Below, piece after piece: positions 34,533 to 48,117 of a DNA stretch of 64,000 nt. A program made the translations under genes and the position numbers. Location of the stretch: NCBI GenBank assembly GCA_051362555.1, contig CM120641.1, positions 13,764,001-13,828,000 on the forward strand, read 5' to 3'. The notes beneath the pieces were generated by a model, which worked only from the letters and a program-made list of their open reading frames with translations, was not told where the DNA came from and made no database searches. Within the stretch, counting starts at the first letter, position 1, and each line of letters begins with the position of its first letter. This DNA is from Lingula anatina (lineage: Eukaryota > Animalia > Brachiopoda).

Positions 34533-37500
34533 TCAGTGTTTTCTTTTTGTTTTCATTTTCTTTCTGACTCCTGTTGCTTCTTCAGAATCATCATTGTCCA
34601 TTGTTTTGCCACGCTTTTTCTTATTTTCCATTTCAGACATTTCCTGAAATAAAAACAGAAAGTTTAAATTCATTTTCAACCCACTGAACAAAACAAGGAC
34701 AGTGTTCTTCGTAGTTTAATATTTGCAAACCCTTTCTGAATCAACTCTCTTCATGTTTACATTTAAAGCACATTAGGAAGAACTTTTTTTTTACAGATTT
34801 CAAAATGCAAATTTTCAACACAGAAACTCTACACCAATGGTTGTATCTTTCCCAGGTCTTTTTTCCTTTCATGCAGCAGATATCTTACCATTTTAGCATG
34901 TCTTTGAGCCTCACTGACTCTCTCCATCAGCACCATAACTTCCTCCTCCTCAGTCTTGTAGAGGTCCAGCTGCTTGCCAATCAAGTGTTCTATCCTTTGG
35001 TAGAGTTCAACATCATACCTAGAAAAGTTTTAAACCAGTGGTAAATAGTCAGGTTGTGAAATATGAGACATTAATTATGATTCATGAAATATTATAAAAA
35101 TGTCATGAAATATTATGAAAATTTCTAGTGGTACTATACATGAAGTTTTCATTAAAATGTTCCCATACATACATAACTTGTAGCTTTTCAAAACATTTTT
35201 TTAGAAAAATTAAAAACTCTCCCATTTTCAATAGTTAAAATTTTTAGTTTTAGTTGTCTGTTTTTCAACATTTATTTGACCTTCACCTTTAGATGAACTT
35301 AATATCACTTACTGTGTCACAAATGTGATAGCCTTGCCTGCTCGCCCTGCTCTGGCAGTTCTCCCAACCCTGTGAATGTAGTCTTTTGAGTGTGTGGGAA
35401 TATCAAAGTTCAGGACTACATCAACATGTGGTATGTCTAGTCCCCTGAAATGAAAAACAGAAACCCATCAACAAAATTCTAAATGACAATATCTCTTTAT
35501 ATATATATATGCAGTTCATGTGCAAATGTTATCCATAGTTAGTCTATCGCCAAATTTTGAAATCAAATGAATGTTGTTGAAAGTTAAAAAATTTGTTTCT
35601 GACATCTTTTTTTTTTTTGAAATGAAAATCTGTTTAGGCTTAACAACATTCCTTTTCAGGTGAAGTTTAATTCTTAGTAAAAGCGCCAAAGAAGTTCCTA
35701 AATAAAATTTCACACATCATTAAAATACTGTAAAAGATCCCATTTATCTTCTGCTTAAAGAATGTTTTGAATACCTGCTTGCTACATCTGTTGCTATTAG
35801 AATGGATCTACTTTTTGACTTGAACTTGTTTAAGGCACCAAGCCTTTTGAACTGGAATATAAGCGAAGTTATGAGACTAAAAAGCATACAAAGAAGTGTC
35901 ATATGAAATATATATATATGGCTAAAATGTTAAAAAGTACCATTAATATTTGATATTTGGTATTTGAGCATTAAATAATTTATATTTAATATAGATGTGG
36001 ATTAAATATTTTTGGACAATGATTCTTAGCATCCATTTTCAAACCTCAATACCAATTCACTTTCTCTAATATCTATGAAGTTTCTCATAATAATGTAACC
36101 ATAACATTGTTTTTTCCTAATATATTTTTTGAATAAATTATTCCTTTTGCCACCCAAAAGAGCACTAACCTGTGTCATCTGACCATGGAGTGGGATTGCA
36201 TCGAGTCCCAGGTTCCTTAACATCAGAGCAACTCGTTGTGTGTTAGCACATGTACTGCAGAAAACCATGAATGAATTTCCAGCCATCTCATTCAGAATGT
36301 AAACCAAGTACACATCCTGCATATACAAAGTATAAGGTACATGGCACCTTCAAACTACAGACAAGATACTGAGTATGTCTGCAAGTATTAGAAGAAGTTA
36401 ATTTTATAACACATTGTCAGGGATATAGTAAACAATGGGAATTCTGTCATGTTTTGTAAAACCCAAGATACACACATAGGGAAATAAATATCTGAAAAAC
36501 AGTCTGAAGTGTTCTACATTTAAGTATCATTAATTTCAGGTATCTTACTTTTTAATCTCTATGTGAATTTGGTGAAAAATCTGATCCACAGATTAAGCAA
36601 CCTTTCATCAATTTTACAGGATGTGTTAAAAGTCCATAATTCATCCGTCAACCCCCCCCCTCCCCACCCCACAAAAAATGCAAGATCAATACTGAATATA
36701 CCAAATAATTAAATCATAATGAAGAAAAACAACAAATAATTAATGCATGGTTGCTATAACAATCTTGGTAGAATAAATTGAAACTTTGGGGGGAGGGGGG
36801 GGGGGCTTTGAAACCTACCTTGACTTTGACAGGAATAAAAATGTAAAATTGTTGTAATTTTTCCACTGTTTGATATTTACTAGATACTTCCACTTTCACT
36901 GGATTTTGCAAAGATGCTCTCTGAAGTTTTTGCACCTTCTTAGTCATTGTGGCTGAGTACAGATAGGTTGTTCTTTCTCTAGGAATTACTTTCAGAATTT
37001 TATCAACCTACAAAACAACACATAAAACATCACAGAGTATTATTACACGTATTCTTCAGTGTAACCAAACTACCCCAGTGTAATTCAATAATTCTAAATG
37101 ATTCTTCAAAATTTTGTGAAAAATAGGTCAAATTCAAGTTTCACAGCAAAGAATTAAAATGTTTCATTACATATACATTATAAATTTACATTTCTAGTTA
37201 CATTTTCCTTTTAAAAGCAGAATTGTGTTACCTCCTGTTCAAAATCCATATTCAATATTCTATCAGCTTCATCCATAACCTAAAGTATTAAATGTTTTTA
37301 TTTTTATTATTATTATTATTATTGTTTTGGTATTCATAAGGTTTTTAAAGTGTTCATCCGAAACAAATACGAAAATATGGACAAAATCCAAATTTAATTT
37401 ATCCAATAAAAATGAAGTACATTATATCACCTTTTAGTGACCTGAAAATCTTTAGATCTTTATGTCTAAAAGGAACTCTAAATTGTTTGTATGAAGAATA

Positions 37501-40500
37501 TTCAGGTCAAATGCATTCATTTTTAATACTTACCAAAAATTTCAAAGCTCTCAAATTGAACCCTTTCGTATTTTCTAAATGGTCCACCAGTCTTCCTGGA
37601 GTAGCTGCAATGATTTTCATCAAATTATTTTTAATTTTGACAAATAAGTGCATTTTTATACAAAAGCCCACTTTTAATGAAATAATAATTTATCATTACC
37701 ATAAACCAATGTTTCCTATAAAAGAAAAATGTCAATTTTCTACACTCACCTATGATGATGTGAGGTTTTTTAGCCAGCATCAGGGCCTGCGACATGTTGT
37801 CAATGCCACCAACTATCACAGCTGCAAATAATAATAATTATTATTACAAAATATAGCTTTATATAACACGAAAAGGGTGAGTCTCCAAATTTTAAAGTAG
37901 AAATTATCATGAAAAATATCAATAATAACAACATAAGTTTGAAACAGGATGTCAAACAAATTCATGAAGACAGAGCTTACCACACTTGACACCTATTGAC
38001 GACCCCAGTGCTTCAAACTGCTCTGAGATTTGAAATGCCAATTCTCTTGTAGGCGTGAGTATGAGTCCAAATAACCTCTGAGGATTCTCCAATAATTTTT
38101 GCAAAATTGGCAATGCAAAAGCACCAGTTTTTCCTGAACCAGTTTCTGCCAGGCCAATGATATCCTTGCCTTGAAAAAAAACATCATGTAAGTAATTTGA
38201 CCAAGGCTCTGCAAATGTTTCAGCTTTGATCAAAGTATCTTATGTCACAGTTTACAACAGACATGCAAATGTCAGCAAAATTTCTGGAATCAATTTTGTT
38301 ACCAAACAAAAACAAATTAAATACATGCATATGATTAAAATGGCCTCATTGTCAATAGTCTAATATGTCTTAGAAACTGTTGCAGTGATAAATTTAAGCT
38401 GAAACATAATGGTAAAACTCAGAGTTAACAAGCAATTTACATTGTGTTCATTTATTGTCAATAAACATACCTGTAAGTGCAACTGGAATAGCCTCCTTCT
38501 GAATTTTCGATGGTTCCTTCCATTTCAGCTGTTCACAGGCTTCACAAAGCACATCACACACACCCTGCAAAATATGAAATACTATTGATAAACAAAAAAT
38601 CTGCAATTTGATTGTTTAAAAAAAAAACCTGGTATATACATTGTTCATTACAATTAACATATATGGAACCATGTAACACAGTTGCCTCATTTTGGCACCA
38701 ACCCACTCACAAAAAGTTTCATCTGTTGGATGCCAAAATGAGGTAGCTTTCTGGATAGAAATGGGAGCTTTGTCTTGGCAACAACCAAAACATTTGTCAG
38801 TTGAATACACCTAGCTTACATGATGAATTGATACAAATGTATTACCAAGAATGTTCAAACAAAATTGCCAATAACCACCCATAACAATGCAACTAACACC
38901 CCATTCTCATAGATTAGATCGACCTACATTGGATCGACCTAACTCCCTGGGGGTTCACGCTAAATAGCTGTCAGCCGGGCGGACACGAAAGTTAATTACC
39001 CCTTAAAGCTTGTAGTAGGCGGGGACGGACACTTAAGGGGGATTATCTGACAGTAATCTAGTGAGACTCCCCGCGGTGATAGATCGATCTAAAAGTTGTG
39101 AGAACAGAGCCTTAAAGTGAATTTATTCACAGGTGTAGGGTTCATTTTAGAACTCCTGAAGGTTTATTTTGTCCATAGAAGTGTGATTTAAAATAGATTC
39201 ATTACAATTATAAATCAGCATATAATGCAATTTCTAGCCTTTTTTATAAGCGCCCAAACATGCAAGCCAATCATGAGCTATAAATACCATTTAATCAGAG
39301 CCTATGGTGTGATGTCACTCTCTTGATAGACCTATGAATGTGTATTCAGTAGCACGAGAACAAAACACCATGCTTCAATATGAAAACCATGTCCACCAGA
39401 CTATCTCTGGTGATTGTTAGGCTCTAAATTCTACAAAATATCAATTGGGCTAATAAATAGGCCATGCATAAGAACTTACTAGATTGTATGCTTTATATTT
39501 CATATTACTGAAGATGCCAATGATAACCAAGAAGTCTTTTGATGTACACAAAGCCAATCTTACTTAAAAATTCCAATTTTTCTGATATTAAAAATTGTAG
39601 TATGTTGGCCAAGTGCCACTTTGTTGGTCATATAACCATTTCCATATATTGAATTACATTGGCAATGTGCACATGGAGGGGGTTGTGAACTGCTGTACAA
39701 TACACATTACATTTTGATTACAACTGGTGAATTATTCTGAAACATAGTTTTCACATAAAACTTATTGTTAAATTTCACTGGAAAAGTAAGATTTGGGATG
39801 AAAAATCTGCCAAAAAAAAAAAAAAAACAATGTGTGCACACATATTCCTTGTTTCATTTATTACACTGTGTTCACTGCTGCTGTTGCTGTTTTGCAATTT
39901 TATGCTGTGCATATTGCTTTTTGAATAATAAAAAAATAACCATCAAGAGAACAAATATGTATTTTCTAGTCTCTTAGCTAGAAATATGTTAGATTTATCT
40001 TGTTGAGTTTAATGATTCCAATCAATCCATATAATCAGTTAGGAGTGGTTGACTAAAAATCTATGCATGGCAAAAAGGCAGCTAAAATGGACACATTCAC
40101 ATGATACACATAAGTGGGCAATTCATGATTGTTTTAAAATGCGGTTAGAATTATCCATTTAGCATGAAATTTGTACTTGAGTTAAATTGTTTGGTGAATT
40201 TGACATGCCTTAAGTTTTATGTCCTGCAGCTGCATCCATTTTTTAAAAAACAACGATTTAAATGTAAGTGTCCAAAATGTGTATTGCACAACTGGAGTCA
40301 AGTTATGACTTAACATCGCATGTGAGAGGTTACTAACAAATCATCAAATGGCTCCTAATGTGCCTGATCATAAACAGTAATATCTAATTTATCTAAATAT
40401 TAGTGTCCAAGATGGGTGCTGTGCAAGATTGAGTTCAAAGTGAGTGAAAGTTGTGAGTCTACATTATGCATCAGGCATAATTATCAAACCATATGTACAA

Positions 40501-41619
40501 TCACATACGATAATATATCTTCTTCATGTGACCAAATTTCACATTCATTCAGCAATTGACTACTGAGAAAGACTGGAAAAACTGTCTTTTTTCATAAAAC
40601 TTTATTATTTGCTAAATATTTAAGTGTTCGTACATACAGTACTGTACTACAGTGCATATCAAATGGTTTAAAACTAGAGTGTTATTGCAAGAATTTTCCT
40701 GCTATGGCTGTCTTAGAATGAAGTTTCATGCATTTGGGTGTAATTGGCAGACGAGCAGAAACAACTTTGTGTTACGGCTGGCGGTCCTACTAAACATAGA
40801 AATGGATAGAAATGGGTAGAAATGGATAGAAATGGACAGAAATGGACCGATATAGACCTCTAGGTAGGCATAGCAAACCTCTCTAGGATTGTATTTGAAT
40901 TGTACATAGTAAAAATAAACTTACTTCTGCACCAGAAAGAAGTTTTATTGACTTTTCTGCCGTGACACCAGTAGAGGATAAAATCAGGTCAAGGTCGCCA
41001 TTTTCAAGGTGAATTCCACAACGAGGCTGTGCTTGGGAGCACTGGTTGCTCCACTAAACAACTTTCACAAGCACAGCAAAGACTCAAATAAAATAATTAA
41101 AACGGAATTTGTTCAATAAGGCGAGTATTTGAAATAGAATTTTGAAGTTCAATTAAAGGTTGAAATTATTTTGAAAATGTTATGAATACATACAAAGGCG
41201 ACTTTGACCTGATTTCAACCTCCGCTGGTGTCTTGGCAGAAAAGTCAATAAAACTTCTTTCTGGTGCAGAAGTAAGTTTATTTTTACTATGTAGAACTCA
41301 AATACAACCCTAGAGAGGTTTGCTATGCCTACCTAGAGGTCTATATCGGTCCATTTCTGTCCATTTCTACCCATTTCTATCCATTTCTATGTTTAGTAGG
41401 ACCCACGGCTGGTCATGGAAAAGCTACATGTTGACAGCGAAAATGGAATATAATCACCATGTTTTACTATGAACGCATTAACCATGTACAGTGTAACATG
41501 ACCTGAGATATGACTACACGTTTTTTTTTATACAACCTCACCAGCTCTTTAAATGTGGAAGATTTACTTGTTTCCTCTTCGTGCTCAAGACCGTCGGTCT
41601 TCTCACTGGCCGCTGCCAT
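34533..41619 (-). CDS. DDX47: DEAD-box RNA helicase DDX47/Rrp3. Exons 5'->3': 41542-41619, 38471-38564, 37981-38169, 37750-37821, 37534-37604, 37232-37279, 36819-37007, 36170-36316, 35775-35851, 35313-35444, 34889-35018, 34533-34643
   Basis: [104 protein letters not shown]. Basic C-terminal tail. Confidence 0.96.
38897..39112 (-). mobile_element. MITE family B, copy C, with TAA TSD (Harbinger-like)
   Basis: taa|CACCCCATTCTCATAG...TGTGAGAACAGAGCCT|taa. Homologous to 29609-29821. Confidence 0.8.
40782..41404. mobile_element. Foldback non-autonomous DNA transposon (~220-bp TIRs, 8-bp TSD ACGGCTGG); superfamily uncertain (Mutator-like or Merlin)
   Basis: 40783-41002 is mirrored by 41194-41403. 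Each arm has a 10-bp AGAAATGGAY-type tandem array. ACGGCTGG at 40774-40781 and 41405-41412. Confidence 0.88.
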
Positions 41620-41847
41620 TTTGAATTAAAGAATGAAAAGTGGAACACTACATGAAAAACAAAACTCATTCCACCAACAAACACAATAAATTTTGACAGA
41701 ATCATATATAAAAATTTTTGAGAGGTAAATTAAGATAATTTTTCCCTCAAACATACAAATACTTCTGAAACGAAATATAATATTTTCTTATTTGTGTACG
41801 ATACACTCCAAATATAGACTAAACCGGAAACACAGAAAGCGTGGAAA
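41620..41847. promoter_or_regulatory. Bidirectional promoter DDX47/PHF5A (228 bp between ATGs)
   Basis: Divergent start codons at 41619 and 41848, both in YY1-like AAAATGGC contexts. ETS-like ACCGGAAA at ~41823. Confidence 0.75.
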
Positions 41848-44800
41848 ATGGCGAAACATCACCCAGATTTAATTTTTTGCCGAAAACAGCCAGGCGTAGG
41901 TAAGTACTTAAGGTTAAGAGGTTGTATTGTTATGTTTATATTCTTTTTTTGAAATATGTATGTTAAGTGGCTATGTAACGATGTAATACAGCCCGGTGTT
42001 CATCAAGTCATTGTTCTTGGCGAAAGACGTAGATTAAACGTTGCCTAAGCTTTCAAAATTCTAGTTTCAGCCTTTCTCATTACTGGCTTACGTGCTACAT
42101 GTGCGTGCGTTAAGTAAGTACCTAGCATGTAAGGCAAAAAGACAAAATTAAACGTGGCTGTTGCATAGCTAACAAACAACAAAATGCAGTAGATATCAGT
42201 AATCCATTTTATACAACATTAGATAAATATTCAAATGTACTCTATTAGTTTTTTGGGAATTACCCGCTAAAATTAATTTCTTCGGGGAAAACACAATTTT
42301 CACTACTCACAAATCATAGCTTGATCTGCCCCTGCACAGTTTTCAATGACTGTCCAATCATTGACAGTGCCAAGTCTTCTTGACATTTCAAAAGGAACCT
42401 TCGCAGTAAGGTACCTTAAATCGAGAGATTTATGGTTTTTAATATCTGAATTAGGATAGATTAGTAGCTTTGCAGGATAAGTAGATGTAGAAAATGTCAC
42501 TTTGGGAATATTGTAAAAGTGTACAGTACTTTTAAAAAGTATTAACAAAGCTATATGAACGTTTTGTATTATGGTGCTATTATGGTGTTCTTAGAATCAA
42601 CTTTGTTACAAAATCTATGAATGATAAAGTGCTGAGAGGATTCAGAAAAAAGACTGCTTGACTCCCTCACAGAGAGAAAGCTTACCTTCATGGGACACAT
42701 TCTGAGACACCAACAAATGGAAAAATCATTACTTATGGGAACAGCATACAGATTTGAAGATGTGAGAGATATAAAATGCAATACAGCTATGATCTAATGG
42801 ACCTCTGTGGATCCATGGTTCAAGCAGATAGAATGGCACAAAACTGTGACCAGTGGAGAGGTTTTTGTAAGAGGGGGAGATCGGTTCATAGAGCTTTTTG
42901 TGAGGGCCACGGCAGGTCGGTTCCGATCCAACCATTCTTGATGATAATGATTATATGTTTATAAAACATTGAAACAAGGTTTTTCCCAGCGATCTGTCTA
43001 GCCATCACTTAGACGGCTGCTGGCATCACCCGATGGCTTATATTATCAAAGACTGCTGGGCGGCTTACAAATTTTTTGAAAAAATGATGGCTTGGCTTGA
43101 CAGGATGGCCTACAAAATATACATCCTACGAAATATCATCAAGTAATTTTGCCTTACCCAGCTTGTATGATGATTCTCTTTTGAATATAATTACTTTGTA
43201 GTGCACCCTGTACTGCAATCACGACTAACTACTACTTAAAGCTTATAAAACACATTTAAATGTTTCTGTTAACTTTCAGACTTTGTTATACATGCCAAAC
43301 GCAGCAGTGACAAGAGGGTCTGCATTGGATACAAAACATGTACTGTATAACAAAGTCTGAGCAAACTTACCGTTAAATTATAAAACCTTAATACGTACTG
43401 CACCTGACAGAGCTGAAAGAAGAGAAGGCAATTTTCATATCTTTACCAGAAGATTAGTCACGATCCAGGCAAGACAAGAAGACAATTTTGATATCATCAC
43501 TCATCCCAGGCTAATTTGTACTGTACTTGCTCGCAAAGAAAATGGATTCAACTCTCACCGCCACCACCATAATAAATTGATAAATGAACAAATAAACATC
43601 ATTCACTTGTCCTGGAGAATTGGAGAATCCTTATTAACAACTCTGCATTTCAGGGTTTATTTGTGGGCCACTACTGTAGTTTTCCTTTGCCAAGTATCCA
43701 CACATAGAGATTACAAGATCTCAATGCCTACCTTCAAACTAACCTTTGTCAATTTTTAATGGCACCCCTTGCAGGCTTCTTCATAATTTATAGGGTGCCC
43801 TGAAACTGTCAGTCACATATCATAAACAAGCATTCTCACCAAAAATCAATAATCCCATAGAACTTCAATTCAAAACCTCCTTTTTTACTGTGCTTCAAGT
43901 AAACAGTTTCCTAATGGTTCAGTTAGGCGAGTCTTTTTACTGGGTTTATTGCATCAAATATTTTGCAATGTTTTAAAATTATTTCTCTCTACGTGAAGAA
44001 CTTTCATATAAGCCACAAATTGTGACAATGCTTAACTTTTAATACTTGGCTCCAGCCTTTACCATGCCGGTGTTAATTAAATCTAAAATAAATATAGGAG
44101 ACAAAAATATTTCTGAGGTCGATGCAAAGGGCCCCACGCCATTTTTCAGACTTTTTCACTAAATGGCAGTCTCATCCCTGATGACTTAATGGCTTATTGG
44201 TTGTTTGCCTGGAATGCTTTATTAAGGTAATTGAATTCTGAAATGATAAGTCATAACTGTATCATGTAAATTATTGAAGAAAATTGAACTAAAATTGATC
44301 TCAAAGACATATAACAATGAAATTTTTTGGAGCGCACCCAGAACAAAATGCCATTAAAGAAAAGCGCATTCAGAACAACCCCCTCACTGGTAACCCTTAG
44401 GTTCAGAATTTTAGGATTTTCATAAGCAATTTGTAATATTTAGCTCTTAACTTGGAAGGTTATTGAAATTTAAATGGAATGCACCATACAAGAAATATTA
44501 TTTTATTATTATCATTGACAATTAGAACCATCACTTTAAAATATCAACATCATGACATGAAAGTGCAATGCATTAATATGGGGTGTGGTTCAGTATCATG
44601 TTGTAAATTCCATTCCTGCTCTATGAAAATGTTATCCAAACCAATCATGATATTTCCAACTGTGGTCTATTGCATAGTTATTGGTCATTGAATTTCATAT
44701 ATTAGTTCATCAGATATGGATATTGTATAAATGCATAAAATTCTGGAATGATAGTATCACTGGCACTTATAAAAGAGGCCCCTTTATTTTCAGATCTAGG

Positions 44801-47800
44801 CTCAACAAAATTTTTACCATGGACTGCACAAAAGGCACTAGTTCATATTTTTTGTTGTTGCTCTAATGCTTAAAAACGACACAGCAGACACAATAGCCAA
44901 AGTGTGCTATTGAAATACAATATGATCTGAGCAGATCTGTCAAAATGGCCTTGTCTTTATAGACAATTTAGCAGTCATGAGATAATAACATAAATCTAAA
45001 TGGTGTTGAAGCAAGAACATAATGTACACAATAAACCATAACACCATATTCAGGACTTGTTTCATATCAATTCTGACTTGCTTTATCAACAGCTTGAGAA
45101 TTGTCTACTGCTGCTTTCATCTTGGATTGTGTAACTTCAGAGAGAGAGTAACAAACTTCTATAGTGACAACTGTGAACAATGTAGTTTTCTAAATGACTC
45201 AACAGGAGACTAAGTGATATTATCATGAAAGAGCATATTAAATAATGCAATGGAAACGTTATTAAACTAAAACATAAACATCTGCAACCCTGGATTTGAT
45301 ATATACTTCAGGGACCGTAAATTTTGTAAGTTGAGTGTCTGTTATAGGAACTGACATTTTAGAATTTTTCCTGCATATTACGAAAAACATTCAGGTTGTT
45401 TTCATTGTCATAAAAATAGAGTTCAGAATATCTGGTAGTACTAGTGCACACTTTTTTAAAATGACCTTGACACTACACATATTGTCATATTCACTGATCT
45501 GGTAATTTTTTATGTAATATCGACAGTAAATAACTTGCAAGAAGAGCTTCATTGCAAAAAAAAAGGGCTACATTCATTGACTTTGCTTTAAATACTAAGG
45601 TGCCCTCCAGATATTGGATTTTAAAGTAATTTAGCCTCTAATTCCGGGCTCATGTTTGTGATTTTTTCATTTTTATAGAAAGCAGTAATATAAGAAACTT
45701 TTTTATTTACTTCTTTTATTTTACTTTTTTGTTTACTTCATTGGTTTTTTATGTATTCCAAAATTTATTTTTATTTGTTGTTATTTAGTATCAAAGCATG
45801 ATTCAATGAAAAAAAAACTGACTTATTTTCATATTGGTTGACTGACACTTGTTATTGTCATCATTGTTCAACTGATTTTTTTCTTTACATTTTTACCCTC
45901 CAGCTGTTTTGGTTTTTTTACGTATTCCAAATTTTATTTTCATTTGTTGCATTTAAAAGTATAAGTGCATGATTCAGTGAAAAAATAACTCTCAACTTAT
46001 TTTCATATTGGTTGACTGCCACTTGTTATCATCATCATTTATCTGAAATGTCACTGTTGCCTAGTAATTTGTCACTTGGAAATTGTCTTTATAATGATGA
46101 ACGTAAGGAGAGGGAGGAAATTAAAATTCCATATCAATTGATTTATATATTGACGTAAAACATTTTTTACTAATTATTCTTCTCTTTCATTTCTAGCCAT
46201 TGGGCGGCTGTGCGAGAAATGTAAGTATTGATTTTTCCTGCTAAATTGCTTGCAGACTTTTTGATAACCTTTCCCATTGATTTATTGCAGTTTTACGTGG
46301 TTGTTTCGTCAATGCTTAGAATAGTGCTATGATTGATATGTATTGTGAAAGAAGAAAATTGAAATATAATTTTGTGTTCTCAATAAAATAGTTGCTGTCT
46401 TGCAGAATTTGAATGAAATAAACATATAAAGTTCATGACAAGTTGTAAAGAGGAATTATTCCATATTATCCTAGTAACCATGCATTTTTATAAATATATT
46501 TGAGCATCATTTCTCTTACTATAACATTTTTCCTGTTTCTTTTGTTTTGGCTTCTATGTAGTCTTCAGTTTTTCCACTAACTTAAAGCATGAAGACAAGG
46601 GGTGAGGGAGAAACATGGCTATCTTCTTAACTGACCAAGATATACCAACATGTTGCATATCAATTACAAAAACTTATTTCAACAGCTGTTCATTTCATAT
46701 CATTATTTTATTACATAATGGCTACTTCAGGGTGTATAACACTCCTGGCACCCCCCTGTTTCTACAAGCCCATTTTTACACAAATTAAAACTTTTATATA
46801 TTTAGAAAGTAAAATAATACAATATTCATCAACAAGCAGAACTGACTTTTGATTTTAAAGTTGAAAGAATAAAAATTTATGTTCATTTCATGTCCGTCCC
46901 TAACACTTATTATTAATATTATTCTGTGACTTTTTTTTTTTAATTCTAATTTTTTGCCTAAATATACCTCACATGTAGGGGGAAAAACATACAAAATGGA
47001 ATCTCAGTTTTTTTTTTTTCTAAATTTTCCATTTGAAGTGTTAAACATCCATTCAAAATGTCAAAAAATAAATAAATAAAATAGGGTAAATACTAGGGTC
47101 AAACTAGTCCCCCCCCCCTCCCATCTGCAGCTGGTTTTTAGAATCAAAACATTACATTTCAATAAGCAGTATAAATTATTAGTAGCAGTTGGTGGCTGGT
47201 GCAAAACTTAACATGGTAGTACGATCATGCCTGGTTATTTACAAATATTGTTTTGTACCTTCTAATTCTGTGATAAATAGAAATGACATGTGCAGTGTGA
47301 TGTTGAGAAGTGAATCTGTGCTTTTAATTTCTTTAATGTGTAAGCCATTGGCACTGTACAGTATTGGTTTTGTGTTGTAGTTTTTGTAATGTAGTAACTA
47401 ATTAATCAACGACACTGTACTGTATTGGTTTTGTATAGTTGTTGTAATGAATTGTCTTGTTACATACATTGTCTTTCATTCTCTATTGCATCTTTATTCT
47501 AAATTATGAGTGAAAGTAATGAAATGACATAATATGATGTAACTACATAAAATTTCTTCTTTCAGGTGATGGTAAATGTGTCATATGTGACTCCTATGTG
47601 CGTCCTTGTACACTGGTACGAATCTGTGATGAGTGCAACTATGGCTCTTACCAGGGAAGGTGTGTGATCTGTGGGGGACCAGGAGTGTCAGATGCATACT
47701 ACTGCAAGGAATGCACAATTATGGAGAAAGACGTAAGCACTTTGGACAGAACTGATATTTTACTCATGTCAAGATGTGATCAATCATTTTTCTTTCTCGG

Positions 47801-48117
47801 GTTTTCGGAGTAAGCTTGTTGGCTAATTACAACATTTGACTTTCTTTTTGAGATTCACACTTAGGCTTTGGCTGATTGCTTAAGGGAAAGTGTCTCCTAT
47901 GGCAGTTAACAAGGTTTTTCTCCAAGTATGGGCTATTTTTAAGATGATGGACTATTTTTCAATGACTGGTAAAAAATGTAACATTGTATCCTTTCATTTT
48001 ATTCATTAATTTTTTTTCTGATTTCAGAGAGATGGATGCCCAAAGATTGTCAACCTTGGTAGTGCAAAGACAGATTTGTTTTATGAGAGAAAGAAATATG
48101 GCTTCAAAAAAAGATAA
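41848..48117 (+). CDS. PHF5A: PHD finger-like domain protein 5A (SF3b subunit), 110 aa. Exons 41848-41899, 46197-46220, 47566-47732, 48028-48117
   Basis: Spliced product [110 protein letters not shown]. Confidence 0.99.
42570..42955 (+). mobile_element. 5'-truncated, decayed RTE-clade LINE 3' end in PHF5A intron 1
   Basis: Frameshifted translation [60 protein letters not shown] resembles the RTE ORF C-terminus (RKLxFxGHILR; AQxRxxWR). Followed by a TGATGATAATGA tail. Confidence 0.7.
45741..46039. repeat. Diverged tandem duplication, ~168-bp period
   Basis: TTGGTTTTTTA.GTATTCCAAA...GCATGATTCA.TGAAAAAA...TTTTCATATTGGTTGACTG.CACTTGTTAT occurs at 45741 and 45909. Confidence 0.85.

Noticed and set aside
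38739-38760. TGAGGTAG resembling the let-7 5' end, and TTTGGCAC (miR-96 seed) nearby
   Set aside because: Only 8 nt match in each case. Downstream sequence and position in the hairpin do not fit these miRNAs.
42976-43110. Possible hAT end (CAAGGTTTTTCCC plus repeated GATGGCT/GCGGCT motifs); similar relic at ~28940-29110
   Set aside because: No matching opposite end or TSD identified, so boundaries cannot be supported.
44179-44241. Possible C/D box snoRNA (TGATGA...CTGA) in PHF5A intron 1
   Set aside because: Imperfect C box, weak terminal stem, and no rRNA/snRNA antisense element I could recognise.
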